Part shown: positions 14,401 to 27,721 of the stretch, piece by piece
Position numbering within the stretch: position 1 is the stretch's first letter
Layout of the letters: the number at the start of each line of letters is the position of its first letter
Notes under the pieces: model-generated
Told to the model about the DNA's origin: nothing
What the model saw: the letters and a program-made list of their open reading frames with translations, nothing else
Databases searched by the model: none
Translations under genes and position numbers: made by a program
DNA from: Trichoplax sp. H2
Lineage: Eukaryota
Direction: 5' to 3'
Assembly: GCA_003344405.1 (NCBI GenBank)
Contig: NOWV01000012.1
Span: 310,001 to 374,000 of the forward strand
DNA length: 64,000 bases

Positions 14401-17400
14401 CTATATAATACTTTAATACATTCATCAAATAGTATCATAATTAAATCTAAGTACGAAAAACTATAGATTGTTACCGTGATGGTCTCCTCTAAACAAAATT
14501 TCATAACTTCAGCTCTCTTTAATGGAGGAAAAGCAGTATCAAAAGCAACTTTTGCAGCTGTTGCAGCAGGAGCATAGCTATCATGATGACTACATAACCA
14601 ACAACCAATGATTGACTTAAGATGCGGAGCAAGTCGACGGCGCACACACTTAACAATACTTAGTAAGGCCTGCTGTGTTGCTTCTCGTACCTTTCTATCA
14701 ACATCCTATATTATTATTTGAGATAACATAAATCACATTATAAATTAAAGAAACATATTATGATCGTTATAAGTTTATTATAAAATACAACAAGCCTATG
14801 ACCGAGATTTGTAATGCTTTTCATAAGACTTTACAGAAAACAATAAAGATTTCAAGATATTCACTGCTTATATATACAGTAATATACGATGAGTACAGTA
14901 CAGCCTCTTGGATATACAGTACACTATCCTGCATTTTATCAGGGGAGATTGCAATTACAAATATATCTTACGTAAGCTAAACGGTTGTAACTTCTTGTCC
15001 AAGAATGCAGCAATCCGATGATTTCCTCAATCGGTTTATCCAAGCATAGCTCCGCTAATTCTTGTAATGCCTGAAATACAGCGAGTGACATATAGATATC
15101 AGTAATTTCTATTATCATGATGATAAATCAAATGTAGCCAACTACCAAAATCGATGCTACGAATAAAGACTATATCGAAAAAAATCATTTCAGCGCGCAG
15201 TAACCGTACAGTTAGAACCGCTAGGTGAATTTAGCAATTCATTATCCTCAATCAGATAATTGATGTCATACAGTAAGATTTTCAAAGTTTATGTATTGAA
15301 ATAAAATTAATTACTAAGTATCGTAGCTTGTGTAGGTTTTATGGATTTGCAAAGCAGATATCACCAATTGTAAACTGGCTATATCATCTACCACGGCTAA
15401 TTTGCAATAATTACTATTCTAAATAAACGACTACCAAGTCAGAAATTGTTAGCACAAAATGGCTAATTTGTAATTAATGTAGACTAATAATAATTCCAGT
15501 ATTTTTAATTAAATTCCATAACAAAGGTTAAGTTTTTCATCCATAGGTCTCTGGAACTATGTACGTAATCTTTCTAATAATAAATCTAGCGAGTCTGCTT
15601 TGGATGTTAGTATTAGTGAAGAATGTCTTTGCAATACTATTTAATAAACTGTCTAACTATAATCAAAATTAAGTTATACCTTCAGTCTCGTCAGAGAATC
15701 CTTCTTAGATAATTTCTTGATTATAATACGGAAATCGGGACTAATATTACTATCATCTTCATTAGGAGGCCCAGAGCCAGATACAGTTGCAAAGCCAATA
15801 AAACCAGTCGTATCGGCTCCTTTTCTAGCCAAATGATCCGCCGCTCTACCACTGTTGGAAGCCTACAACATTTAAATTGCAAAAATATTTTTCGATTACG
15901 CACTACGTCTATAATAAAATGGTAATTATGATATTTGCCATATACGTAAGTATATCATGTATAGTAGTTCTACAGTATCATTTACGTGTATAACTAACTG
16001 TCTATCTAAACGTCTACTGTATAAGAAAAGTAGCATAAATGATCACAGCAACTTATTATCATAATTTTCATTACACAGAACAGTATAATATCATGTACAG
16101 TAGTTGTACAGTATCATTTACGTGCGTAGCTGACTATCTATCTCAACGTCTGCTATGTACGAAAAGTAGGTGTAATAAATGCGTCTCACCATAACTATCC
16201 TAGTCAGATGGTATTTTCTAAAAGACTTTTATTACAAGGTTTTAGGAATAGTAGAGCAATAATTAATTACTACAAGAATCTAGTCTAAAATCTAAAGTAT
16301 TACGAGCTCAAAGCGAAGTGAAGTCTCTTCTTCCCTGTGAGCTCATCTCTGCAGTTCTTATAAACATTTCCTTAAATCCATTTATGACAACTTGATTAAT
16401 CTACAATCAGATATGAGTCATCAAATAAAATAGTTTTCTCTAACAGTACATCATTATTTTCTACAATCTGAATCATTCTACTTAAGATGGCACTATTCTT
16501 CTATTAACATCTAGGCCCTTTCTTCGAAGGGCATCTTAACTACAGCGTTTCTAGCTACATCAATCTTGTACCATAATTAGTCAACTGGCTACTATTAGTC
16601 ATCAATGATTTCTAATATAATAGTTAGCAATCATCTAATAATAGCTTCACGGTAATATCTATTCAAAGCAACCTAACTATATCAAATATAGCTATCCGTA
16701 TAATCAAATATGGGTGCATCACTACAGTAGGATAAATGATCACAGCAATTTATTATCATAATTTTCATTCTACTGTACAGTATAATAAAGTGATAATTAC
16801 GATATTTGCTGTAATATGTAGTTCTATAATAAGGGATTATCCATCTAAATGCCTGTTCTATCGCATATCAGAAAAATAATAACTGTAGTTATAGTCTGTA
16901 ACAACTGTGTCACTTCGAGTATTGTTACCCATGAACGAAAATTGTAGTACCAATATTTTTATGTGATTATTTTGAATCAAGCAAATTCACTTGTCATGCT
17001 ATTTATAATAACAATAGTGTATGAACTACTAGCAATGTATGATATAAAGCATTCATTGCAGGACGTTATCATGTAAAAGCCGCTATCACGAATGGGAAGC
17101 ATGGTGATCACACTACAAAATACAATATATAATATCAATTTACTTGGGGGGAACGAAAAATTTAGATCGCTTGTGATCTGTGCTGTGAGCGAGTCATGAC
17201 GATCACTCCATTTACAATAGTAAATACTGTAAGGACTCAGCAATTCAATACTTATTATTAGCATTGATTTGACGATCTAGTAACATAGATGGCTTAACCC
17301 GTAGGAATAATAATATTAGTGATGCTATATGTGCTTCATTACTAGCATTAGGGATTGTACTACAGTATAAGAGGATAACTTGTTGTGCTCGAGATCTCCA

Positions 17401-17502
17401 GTATGACACACAATTTGTACGATTGTGACCAAATTCTTCTTCAGTACGCTTGGTGCTTACCCGTAAATTTCCTTTCACTCTTTGCTTGTTTTTATTGCCC
17501 AT
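5467..17502 (-). CDS. LTN1: E3 ubiquitin ligase listerin (ribosome quality control), about 30 or more exons. First exon 17461-17502, last exon 5467-5526
   Basis: The N-terminus [22 protein letters not shown]...[18 protein letters not shown], ...[12 protein letters not shown] and the C-terminal [61 protein letters not shown] are hallmark listerin sequences. Confidence 0.96.
15953..16787. repeat. Tandem duplication of a ~137-bp unit in LTN1 intron 1; the second copy is split by a 556-bp insertion
   Basis: Copy 1 spans ~15953-16089 (tatcatgtatagtagttctacagtatcatttacgtg...aaaagtagcataaatgatcacagcaacttattatcataattttcatt). Copy 2 has its first half at ~16090-16170 and its second half resumes at ~16732 (ataaatgatcacagcaatttattatcataattttcatt). 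Confidence 0.85.
16171..16726. mobile_element. 556-bp insertion with TGTA...TACA ends and a 5-bp target-site duplication (GTAGG); solo-LTR-like
   Basis: gtagg(16166-16170)|tgtaataaatgcgtc ... gggtgcatcactaca|gtagg(16727-16731). It interrupts a duplicated unit whose other copy is uninterrupted. Confidence 0.65.
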
Positions 17503-17639
17503 AATTCTACCAATTTATTCGTTGCTATAACAGCTTTAGATTACAGCCACAATAACAGCATAAATATAATGTCCTCAATAATATATAATGATGATAATAA
17601 GGAAACTATATGATAGCAGTTGGATCTTAAATGGTCTTC

Positions 17640-17880
17640 TGCTGCACGGTTGCATGGACGACTAGAAATTTTCATGCGCAGTGATGCCACTGGTGACGTC
17701 AGCGGTTGGGTGGATTAGGCCATCGAGGTGAGCCTCCACTGGTGTGTATCAAAGTACGGTCAGTGTAGAAACGACACGTGCGCTCGTCCGGTCGTGTTGC
17801 CATACTATACTGTACTGTATACTGACCTTAGTGTCATTGCAAATTTTTTTTTTCAGTATACAGTACAGTAGTCTCGCTAA
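17640..17880. promoter_or_regulatory. GC-richer putative promoter between the divergent LTN1 and TIMM13 genes
   Basis: CRE palindrome TGACGTCA at 17694-17701, NRF1-like CATGCGCA at 17673-17680, E-box CACGTG at 17775-17780, then TACTGTA/TACAGTA runs. It lies 140-380 bp upstream of the LTN1 ATG. Confidence 0.5.
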
Positions 17881-19133
17881 AGTTGAAGAATTTGATAGAA
17901 CTTCGTTGTTTCTGACTCTAAAAGTAACAATCATGGATTGACAAATAATTCATTAACGATACTTATGTACGTGCAAATATCCCTGAAATTGTGTCACGTA
18001 GAGAATGACTTTGTACATTTACAATAAAATCTATCTACAGGTGTAAGCACAGTATGGTCTGTTGTCTGCTTACCTATGACCTGATTGGGGGTTGGCTCAG
18101 TTGACCCAATACCTGGCAATGAGTGCAATTAGCAAAAGTCATGTCATTACCACATGCTAATACGCATATGAAATATTGTCTACAGGGTGACATTTGGGGG
18201 AGGGGAGAGCGTTGCGGCTAACCGTGTGCTGGTGCTGTACTGTACAGTACATTTACAGGACAGGTTGAGTCCGAGAAATACAGTACTGTACTGTACACTG
18301 TACAATAATACTTAAGCATAAGCGCAGCTCCACCGCCTTCTTCCTCGTCTAGGTGAAATAGAAGCCTTCAAAATTGGTAATCCGATCAATTTTTTGGTTA
18401 TGTTGCAATTTTATGAACAGCAAATAATAACATTCAAGACTACAACAATATTTAAGTTTCATATTGAAATCTTGCAGTAATATACTGTACAGTAAACACA
18501 ATCTGCAGTCAGAGTAGAGCACTTTTATTGCATGATGAAATTGGATATTGCAGAAGTAATAACCATAGATAGCACTATTATTAAAATTCTTAATTTCGCT
18601 TTTGCAGTAAATAGAGCTGAGGTATAGGCTATCAACTGTACAACGTATACTGCATAATATAGTTTATAAGTATCAAGCCTCATGTTAGAACTAATTTTAC
18701 GTGCGATAGTAGCAAACGTGTGCTACAGACCAAGCACTGGAATACCGTCTTGAGATACATACTATATCTCCAATACTGCATGCTTCCAACAACTAATTCA
18801 TCTCGCAAACGTTTTACTCATATGCTGAAAATTTCATTTTATTATTTCTGTAAAATTGTAACTTACAACACTTCTAATTGCACATCTTGACCTCAGACTA
18901 TAGCTGTTTATTAATTGAATGAAAAATTAATGGTACGATTAGTGCTAGGATTAGTAATTTTCGTCTTAACAGCATGAACGAGGTACAAAATTATGAACTA
19001 ATTGATACACGGCCTACTGCATATTCGAATAGTGCTTAGTAATCCATAGCTAAACTAACTACAGAGTTGATATCAGTAACTATACATACATTGTAGTGAT
19101 TACTTAAGGACTTCAATTGATTACAGCTGCAGA

Positions 19134-19932
19134 ATGGATAACTATTCCAGTTCCTCTTTCGGTGGCGGTAGTATGACAAGCAGTCAAAAAGATCAGGTCT
19201 TACAGGAACTCAGAAGTCAGATCGCTCTGGCAAATGCTCAGGAATTGATGCAGGTAGTTATTAAAGTGTTGTTATACGAGCATATAAGATTGCGCTCCGC
19301 TTACACGCGCACATCGCCAGTAACAGTAAACCTTTAGCAACGATAAAGAATATTCAAGTGCTGTTTTGATAGATCAGATACTGTATGGTAATCTAATTCT
19401 CTTATCATGCATTACAGTATTCTATAAGACTGCCTTGTAAATTACCCTTTAATTGTTTATGACTCTGTTATTCGTATACTTTTATCTTTATTGTTCATAG
19501 AAAATGTCAGAAAAATGCTTTAAGAAGTGTATATATAAACCTGGAACCCAATTAGACAACTCTGAGCAGGTACAACAAAAGTATAACGTATCGACATGAA
19601 TCTAGCTTCCAATTAGTATCAGAATGCAAAACTAATTGATAATAATAGAATCATGGATATTTATTATTTTCAAATGATGTAGGTCATTTTTAACTTTACA
19701 TGCTATAAATCGAAGCAAATTACAGTTTGTTTCATCCCATTCATTTCTTCGTAAATGGTACAACTATTTACGGTATTAACTCCGTATCGCTACAGCTAAT
19801 TAAACACCGTGTTTTCTATCCTAGAAATGTCTTGCCATGTGTATGGATCGATATATGGATGCGTGGAATACAGTTTCACGTACATATAATGCACGATTAT
19901 CAAGAGAACATTCAAGTGGCGGCCTTCAATAG
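19134..19932 (+). CDS. TIMM13: Mitochondrial import inner membrane translocase subunit Tim13. Exons 19134-19253, 19501-19569, 19825-19932
   Basis: Spliced product ...[63 protein letters not shown] shows the twin CX3C motif and the Tim13 consensus. Confidence 0.96.
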
Positions 19933-21403
19933 AAAGCTTGCGTTAGAAACTACTTCCATATCAAATACGCGTATATTGGCGTTAATCTCACTGTAATTTA
20001 ACATGCTTCATATCGCGATGCTTATTCGTTCATATTACGAATGAGCGTGAATAACTTTTATGTAGAATTATAAACGCCATAGGAAGAACTTTCTTTGATA
20101 TGTTTCCGTTACATTGCGATACACAGTATATCACTTGGGCCATGAATTAATTTATCAACTGTATTATGCAGAGCCTATTGACTTCGTATGACACTTAACG
20201 TGATATCGTCGCTGAGCTGTATGCATAGTTTCTACCTTTCGAGCATGCAATCCTGCTGGTTGTCAATCTTATGATTCAATAAAAGCAATTATTGGTTTTC
20301 ATAACGATCTGGACTATTTAATATTTTTGCTCCTATTCTAGACTTACCAAGATAATAAGCATGTTCACTAATTAATACTAATATGCTTGTTCTATTTAGC
20401 TTTTAAATCGAATAATAAGAACTAAACCAAAAATAGGTACTATGTACCGTTTAAATTAGTAATGGACCTATACTTTAATACGAAATCGTCCAAAGATTCT
20501 ATTTCATGTTATTAAATATAATTATAATTATTGTAGGCGATCTTCCATGCCTGTCTAGTATGATCTAAGATCCAATATGATTATCATGTTCATGCACGCT
20601 TTCAAATTATTACAAAGCATTACTACATAAACCTGAATGTTATAGTGCTGTAAACAGGTAAACTTGAACAAGCTCTAAATCTGTGCCCGGCACTTGGAGA
20701 ATCTTTTTCTCGTGATAATTCTGATTAAGCAACAACTAGTAAATAATCAAATTGTGCATATATTTTACTATATCAAATTCAATGCTTGTAATTACAATAA
20801 ACAGCTACGTTATAAATTTTTCGTTATTATTCTCCCATTGAGCACCACTTTCAGATTCCGTGAACTTTAGTTTTCATCATATGTTTAAAGTGATAAAATT
20901 TGGATCTTATCGATAAAATTATACACCAATACATCAAAAACATTTTAGGCTGTAATAGCTCCTATGATGCCATAATTAACGTTATATCAAAGTAAAAGCT
21001 AAAAAATATCAATAATTGTAAAAATAAAAAGCAAAAGCAACGTGCAATACGCATTCAAAGGTCATATAAATATTGGATAGTTTCTGTATTTATGAGTAGA
21101 GAAACTATAAATTGTAGCAATAAAAATATTGATATGTGTTAAAGCTACTGTACCCACATTGAAGGAGTAAGAGCTATTTTTCGGTTATTTTTCTAGTTAG
21201 ATAAATGTACTGTACTTATAATATTACTAATGAACGTTTTATTATCCATAATCCCAGCAATCGTTTTTGTAAAGTCTTATTTATCTAACTTCATGCATCG
21301 CATGCTTTACAAATTTTTAAATTTAATTCGAACAGAAAACAATTGCAGCCCTAAGCCTGAACAATTACAGAAAAATAGTTCGTATAACATCAGTCCATTT
21401 AAC

Positions 21404-24400
21404 TTAACATGGATAAACCTTCTCTCGAATTCGATCTACGTCAACTTGCATAGTAACTCTCAATTTTTTTTCTTCGTCTATCTCTTTTCTTAATGAATTC
21501 ACAGTTAACTCAAAATTTTTCCTCATCTGCTCTATTATATCCTGTAAACTCTTGATTTCAGCCTTCAACGCGGTAACTTCCTCCTGTTTCGCTTTAATAT
21601 CACCCGTGAATATATTCTCAGATGTTTTGGCAAGTACGGGTTCTTTAATGGGTTGAGGAACTGAATAGCCTGAAGTACTTGAGGTACTTGAGGATAGTTT
21701 CGGTTTTCTTGGTGGCAATGTTTGTGATTTAATCTTTGCTTCCGTATTTGAAGTATCAACTTGCGGTGATCTCATTGGTTTCTAGTAGAAACATGTAAAG
21801 AAGTAAAGAATGTAGTTATCTTGGCTAATTTTCATAGTTCTGTACCGAATATCTATGTCGAGAAAGTCTGATAAAGTATTATGGCTAAAAGATCAAATCT
21901 TATCAGCATCTGCAAATACCTGATAAACCATTGGCAGTAACGATAGCTGAAATATACTTAAATATTGATGCTATAATTTCGAAACGCACCTTCATAAACT
22001 TTGACCATGGAGGAAGATCTTGCTTACAATCACGATCATTTTCTTTCAATTTTTCAGAGGATTTTTCAACGCCGCTCAAAATAGGTCCTTCAGACTTTTC
22101 AGGCTTTTCACTTTCAGGCTTTTCAGGCTTTTCAGGCTTTCCAGGCTTTCCAGGCTTTCCAGGCTTTCCAGGCTTTTCGGGCTTTTCGAGCTTCTCAGGC
22201 TTCTCAGAATCAGGTATAGACTTCTTAGACTTACTTGTTTCATCTTTCATACCATCGAAAACATCCTAGATATGGTATCAATTCAAATAGTACTTCAATT
22301 AGAAACAGTTTTAGCGCTTTACAGCAAATGATAAAGTAAGGTTAGTAAGTAGTAAGTGCCAACATAAAGATTTATTTTAAAATTCTACGTTACTGCGATC
22401 TATACCGCTCTCCTTAAATTTCATGCATTTTAAATATATCTTACTAACATCGGTAACATCATTGTGAAGACTGCTTCTCGAAGGAGGAGTAGATTTTGCT
22501 TTCGTAGGTCTACTTCTTGTCAGATTTGGCAATACGCTTATTTCATTCACATCATCAAAAGTGATATTGCCTAAGAATGATACATAGGCAGTATTTAGAT
22601 AGTTATAACTTTAAAAATGTATAATTCCTGTACAATAGTATCAGTAATACTGTACTGCCAAAGCTAATTGAATAACTTTCAAATAATGCACTATTATGAT
22701 TACTGCAAGCATTGCAGCGCTTTTCCTTGGTAAGACAAGAGAACAATTAATCATCACCTTTATCTGAAGGAGGAGCCGGTAATGGAGTCCGAATAATATC
22801 TGATTGCTTGTATTCCTAAAGATAAAATCTCATAATTATTCTACTGTTCTATTAAATTTATACTTCTCAGATTGCAATGTTATGTTACACCTCAAGACGT
22901 AAATATTGCAAAATTTTGAGGATTTTTTAAGACGTATTCATAGGTTCACAGTTACAAAATGACGCACATTATCAGCCGCTTCCTCTACGATGACCTTTAT
23001 AAAATTATTCGGGAAAAGGCCTTCCTTTCCATTTAATGATCCCCTCCACCATCCCTCCATAGCATCTTCGTCAAGAACGGTAATAATATCACCTTCAGAA
23101 ATGTCTAGCTCGTCTTCTCGTTCAGCTTTATAGTCGTACAGGCACTGGCATTCTTTCTTCTTCGATTTATCTACTATAAAAAGACATACCACTATTAATA
23201 TTCCATAACCATTTAACACAATTTAAACAGGAAAGATTTCTATTATGTAGAAAGCTAACAATACATGATCAAATATTTAGTACGTCCAATTCTTAATAAC
23301 ATTATAAGAAAATTATTTACCGGGAGGCCTACTCGGCACAACAGGCGTAGCATCCTAGAAATTAAATTTACAGTTAATTCAATTTAGAATAATTATAATA
23401 GATCAACAGTAATAACATAGTCGTTATAGCTGATACTCCTAGTAGTGCGTGCTATCTATAACATAGAAATAAACCACAGATTTAAATATCTAAATAAAGC
23501 ATAAACAGTTGCACAGTATTATAAACAAAGTACTACGACCGGTTATTGTTACTGGATTTGATTTTACTTGTAAACAAAAGAGCGATCTAACGCTATACAC
23601 ACAGCTCACACATTCTAGCAATAATATAATATTTTGTTCATATCACACATATATTATAAGGACGGTATCGTACAATAACTAATATTGATTAGGATTTCTT
23701 AATACATTGATATGTACTATACAGTATATACTCGTACAGCACATTAATAGTATAAAGAAATATAATGCTGTAGTGAATACCTTCCTATCTAGCTCTTCTG
23801 CCCTCTGCTGTACTTTCTGTAGCAATGGACTACCCTTGGAGTCAGCAAAAATATTGCCAAAACCTGGAGTATTCAATTTACTTTTAGCTAAAATATTAAA
23901 GAAAAATTTAAAAAATCAACCCAAAGACCGTTATTTACTGTTTTGGTAGCATAAAAATTTATTATACAGATCTTGAAGAGAGATCATACATTAATTAAAG
24001 CTTCATGCTAATTTTTAATGTAAACACTATGTGTACATATGTGTACAGAATACTCCAAATGTAAAGAAACAAGTAATTATAATCAAAAAGTTTGGCACAA
24101 CTAATATAAACATCTCCATCAAACTGGAAATCATTATAAGGATAGACTTTGAAATAACTATTTCTGTATTGCTTGAATCCTTTGGATGTAATCGGTGTAT
24201 TACACATTGGTGAAATACGCATACATTTACAGCAGTCCATAAGAAAACTTACGGGGTTTTGCTGGTGGAGGAGGTGCAGGTGCTCGATCATGCTTTTTTA
24301 CGAAGGTAGCTGGAAAAAGTCCAATTTTACCTCGGAGTCTTCCGGTACACCAGTCTTCCGAGTCCCATTTGACAACACTTATAATGTCACCTTCCCTAAA

Positions 24401-24462
24401 TGAAATCTCATCGTCATCTTTAGCGTCATGGTCGTACTGTGCCTTGACTAAATCGCCAATAG
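21404..24462 (-). CDS. CIN85/CD2AP (SH3KBP1)-like adaptor: SH3 domains, Pro-rich region, capping-protein-interaction-like motif and C-terminal coiled coil; first exon not located
   Basis: SH3 exon 24253-24462 (VKAQYDHDAKDDDEISFREGDII...WCTGRLRGKIGLFPATFV); linker PGFGNIF; SH3 at ~22967-23172 (CLYDYKAEREDELDISEGDII...GWWRGSLNGKEGLFPNNFI); LPNLTRSRPTKAK; C-terminal LRKEIDEEKKLRVTMQVDVDRI coiled coil typical of the family. Confidence 0.85.
22093..22206 (-). repeat. Coding 9-bp tandem repeat giving (E/G)KP tripeptides
   Basis: On the plus strand, aggcttttc/aggctttcc is repeated about 11 times; the translation is EKPEKLEKPEKPGKPGKPGKPGKPEKPEKPESEKPEK. Confidence 0.9.
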
Positions 24463-25319
24463 CTAAAACAAGTAGAAAACCATTACTTGATAATTAAATA
24501 CGTACACAACTATCTTGATGAGTAGCTTAATGCAGAAAATATAAAATTAACATATTGCGTTTGGGCTTGTTACGAGACAAGTTATTAAGGAGAATGTAGT
24601 AAAAGTGCGTTTAAGACTAATTTTATTGTTAAAGCTACTAAAGTACGTACATATGCACACATCAAAATAATTTACATTATTACATATCAATATGAGAATG
24701 CCTACTCGTATATAGTTAACCTTTTAATCTTTTAATAAGCAAATCTATATCTATTGCTACAGTACATCTTCTGTCATACATACTCATAACAAATCATAAT
24801 TAGTTATCACCAATGCAATAGTTAACAATAATATAGACTCAATTGCTATAAGCGACAGTGCTACAACACAAAATTGCGAAATGTATCCTTTCGACTTAAA
24901 AAAATAAAAAATAATAATACAATCAAGGTTTACTATCTCCTAGCTTATGCTGCAAACTATTTCTAGGCTCGGCACAACCCAGCCATTTTAAACTTTGCTT
25001 TGTTTCTTCAAAAGTTGCTTTATTAAAATTAATCCTCGAATAATACTGTAGGTTGAAAACTGTTTTAGTACTGTACAGTATAATGCGGCACTCAGATTGC
25101 CATGACACCATGACCATATTAACCAAAATACCTAGAAGCAACACAATTCTGATCCTACCATCACATCAATACAGTGCCCATAATGCACGTAGAACTGTGA
25201 ATTACTAGAAATGCTACGGTCAATAGATGTGCGTATGTACTAGGCAAAACAAGGCACAGTGCTTTTCCTGACAAGATATGTTGAGTGTAGACTATATAAA
25301 GCGCACAATGCATCAGTAG

Positions 25320-25620
25320 ACAGTTCCGGATGGTACCGAAAATAGCAAAGCCAATCACTTTACAGCAATACATTAAGAATAATCCATTTACGTACTGTAT
25401 TCATTATTCCCTTTCTCCTTACAATCATTGCTAAGTATACTATACTGTACTATGGTATATCGAGAGAGAGAGAGAGAAACAGTTCCGGATAGCACCGAAA
25501 GTAACATCGAGTCTATCACATAAATACAGTCAAGAATAATTAATTGATTACATCCACAATATACAGTATTAATGGATGATCAATTATTCATCTTTCTCTT
25601 ACAATCAATAATACTAAGTA
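25320..25620. repeat. Degenerate direct duplication (~120-140 bp) separated by a (GA)n microsatellite
   Basis: acagttccggatggtaccgaaa...attattccctttctccttacaatca at ~25320 and acagttccggatagcaccgaaa...attattcatctttctcttacaatca at ~25479; (GA)8 at ~25462-25477. Confidence 0.7.
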
Positions 25621-27320
25621 CGGGTATATTATACAGTACACTGTACTAATTAAGACTGATGAAATTTTAATATCAGTAAACTAAACTCGCGCGGTAGATC
25701 ATCAAATCTTAACGTAGTTTAGAATACAACAGTACAGGATACAAAGTTAGAGACGGAAGTGGCAACCTTTGGTCTAGACTAAAGTATTCATCTAATCTAG
25801 ACATGTACAATTGTACATTGTACAGTAGATGGTCATTAGAAACGGCTACAGTAACCGATCGAAAAAATGCATGCCAAAGACAAATACATTTCTAATGATT
25901 AAGTATTCATTTGCATGTTTGTTTCATCTTTCTCTACTGTTAATATATGAGTAATATACTATAGAGATTGAAAAATTATCCAATCTTTTAAAATTGTTAT
26001 TCAATTGAAATATGAGATGGCAAAACTGGCAGGAAAACTGAAATGTCCATGGTGTGCAGTATAGGCTGTACTGCATACTGTACTGTACAGTATGGTCGAT
26101 GTTAACACACATTTAAAGTACTGTACAATCAGTACAGTACAGTACTTTAAATCTAAATCTACAGTACTGTACAGTATAATCAAGTACTGTACAGTACTGT
26201 ACTGTACACTACAAAGTCGAACGCCCATCCCATCAGTCCGCAGCCGATCTTGTAGAGTTTTTTCCATTTTCAGGTAAAAAAACACAATGTCGAGGTAAAG
26301 CTACGGACTGCATAAACTAGATCGTATTTATACCTATCTTCTATGATAGAGTTCTACTCAATGTGCTGACTGGCACGCATAAAGCGAAGGCTGGTAGATT
26401 CACACAGAGGAAGCGAAAGCTATGAAATGCGAGTGTAGTATTTTGATTTAATTTCGGATATTAAATTATCATTTACAGATAGTTACGAAAACAGCCAAAT
26501 CAATGTAAGATATCACACAGTTGCATCTTTACTTAAGTAGGGTGTCAATGTGTAATGGTTAATAACTTTCAAAAATAAGAATATAAAATCATTGTCAATG
26601 AAGAACGATCTAGAAATTTATAATCCGCGTACGGTTACAGATATACGTTTGTGAGCTCTAATGCTTGAACTCACATTTGCCCAGGCACCATTTCAAACTC
26701 TCTTTTATCCATTTAACAAGATAGCAGTTGATCCATTTTTGATCGGATAGTGTACTATACTGTACTGTATACTATCAGCTCTACTCTAATTTATATAGGA
26801 TATGATAATATGTCAACATTTTGGTCAAAGAGATTGAAAGGAGTCAAAATAAAATGCATACGACTCGTAAAAACCAAGTCACGAACGAGTCCCTGCAAAG
26901 TGTCAATTTGGGGTATTATTAAAACGGAAGTCAGTATCTTACCAAACATTTTCCTTATATGATGCCCAGCCTTTTTATTGAAAATAGACTATCGCTGTCC
27001 AAGCTATTGTGATCTAGAACTATTGCTACAATGAATTATACAGTTTTCGACTTTTTGATACTAAAATTGGACTTGAATGAATTGGATAGGAACCTCCACC
27101 GCTGTTGATTTTAATCAACCAGAAGCCAGTGGGCGATTCACAAAGTCTGCAGTCCCTTAACCAACGATATTGTTGTACTAAAATACGAGACTAGACAAGG
27201 CAAAATACGCCACGGGTGCAAAGACTGTAACATTAATATAAGTTTGTATCAGACTACAATACAGTACTGTACAACGTACTGTATAGACATACTGTACTGT
27301 ATACAGTACTTTTAGTCACA

Positions 27321-27721
27321 CTAGTACTGCCGTCGCTTTGCTGACGGTTTACGATAATGTGCCCATTTGTTAATAATTAATAGATAGTATTAACCATGTG
27401 ATAATGTATCCATTTGTTAATAATTAATAGATAGATAGTATTACCATGTGATAATGTGCCCCATTTGTTAATAATTAATAGAGATAGTATTACCATTGAT
27501 AATGTACCCATTTGTTAATAATTAATAGATAGTATTACCATTCGACATTATATCTATCTACACTTTTACAGTACTGTACATGTACAACGTACTGCATACT
27601 GTACACTTGTACAGTACAATACAGTACTGTACTTTTAGCCACATTACAGTACAGTACAGCGTATGTACAGTGTAAAGTACTGTAATATCTCGGTCGGCGA
27701 AGCGACAGACGTTTTAGCTAG
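27321..27721. mobile_element. Cassette bounded by two outward-facing Helitron-3'-like termini (hairpin + CTAG|T)
   Basis: The minus strand ends ccgtcagcaaagcgacggcagtaCTAG|t at 27321. The plus strand ends gtcggcgaagcgacagacgttttagCTAG|t at 27721. The tandem array lies between them. Confidence 0.45.
27353..27542. repeat. Tandem array, 4 copies of a ~45-50-bp unit
   Basis: The unit gataatgtgcccatttgttaataattaatagatagtattaccatgt occurs four times with small indels. Confidence 0.92.

Noticed and set aside
18080-18210. U1 snRNA-like fragments (ttgcactc, ccccaaatgt on the minus strand)
   Set aside because: The fragments are in the wrong order, and there is no 5' ATACTTACCTG or Sm site.
21931-22331. 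Plus-strand ORFs with GFP/GFS and RLF/RLS repeats
   Set aside because: Antisense shadows of the EKP-coding repeat exon.
24883-24891. U12-type donor GTATCCTTT
   Set aside because: It lies on the plus strand, opposite the local gene, with no plus-strand exon to serve.
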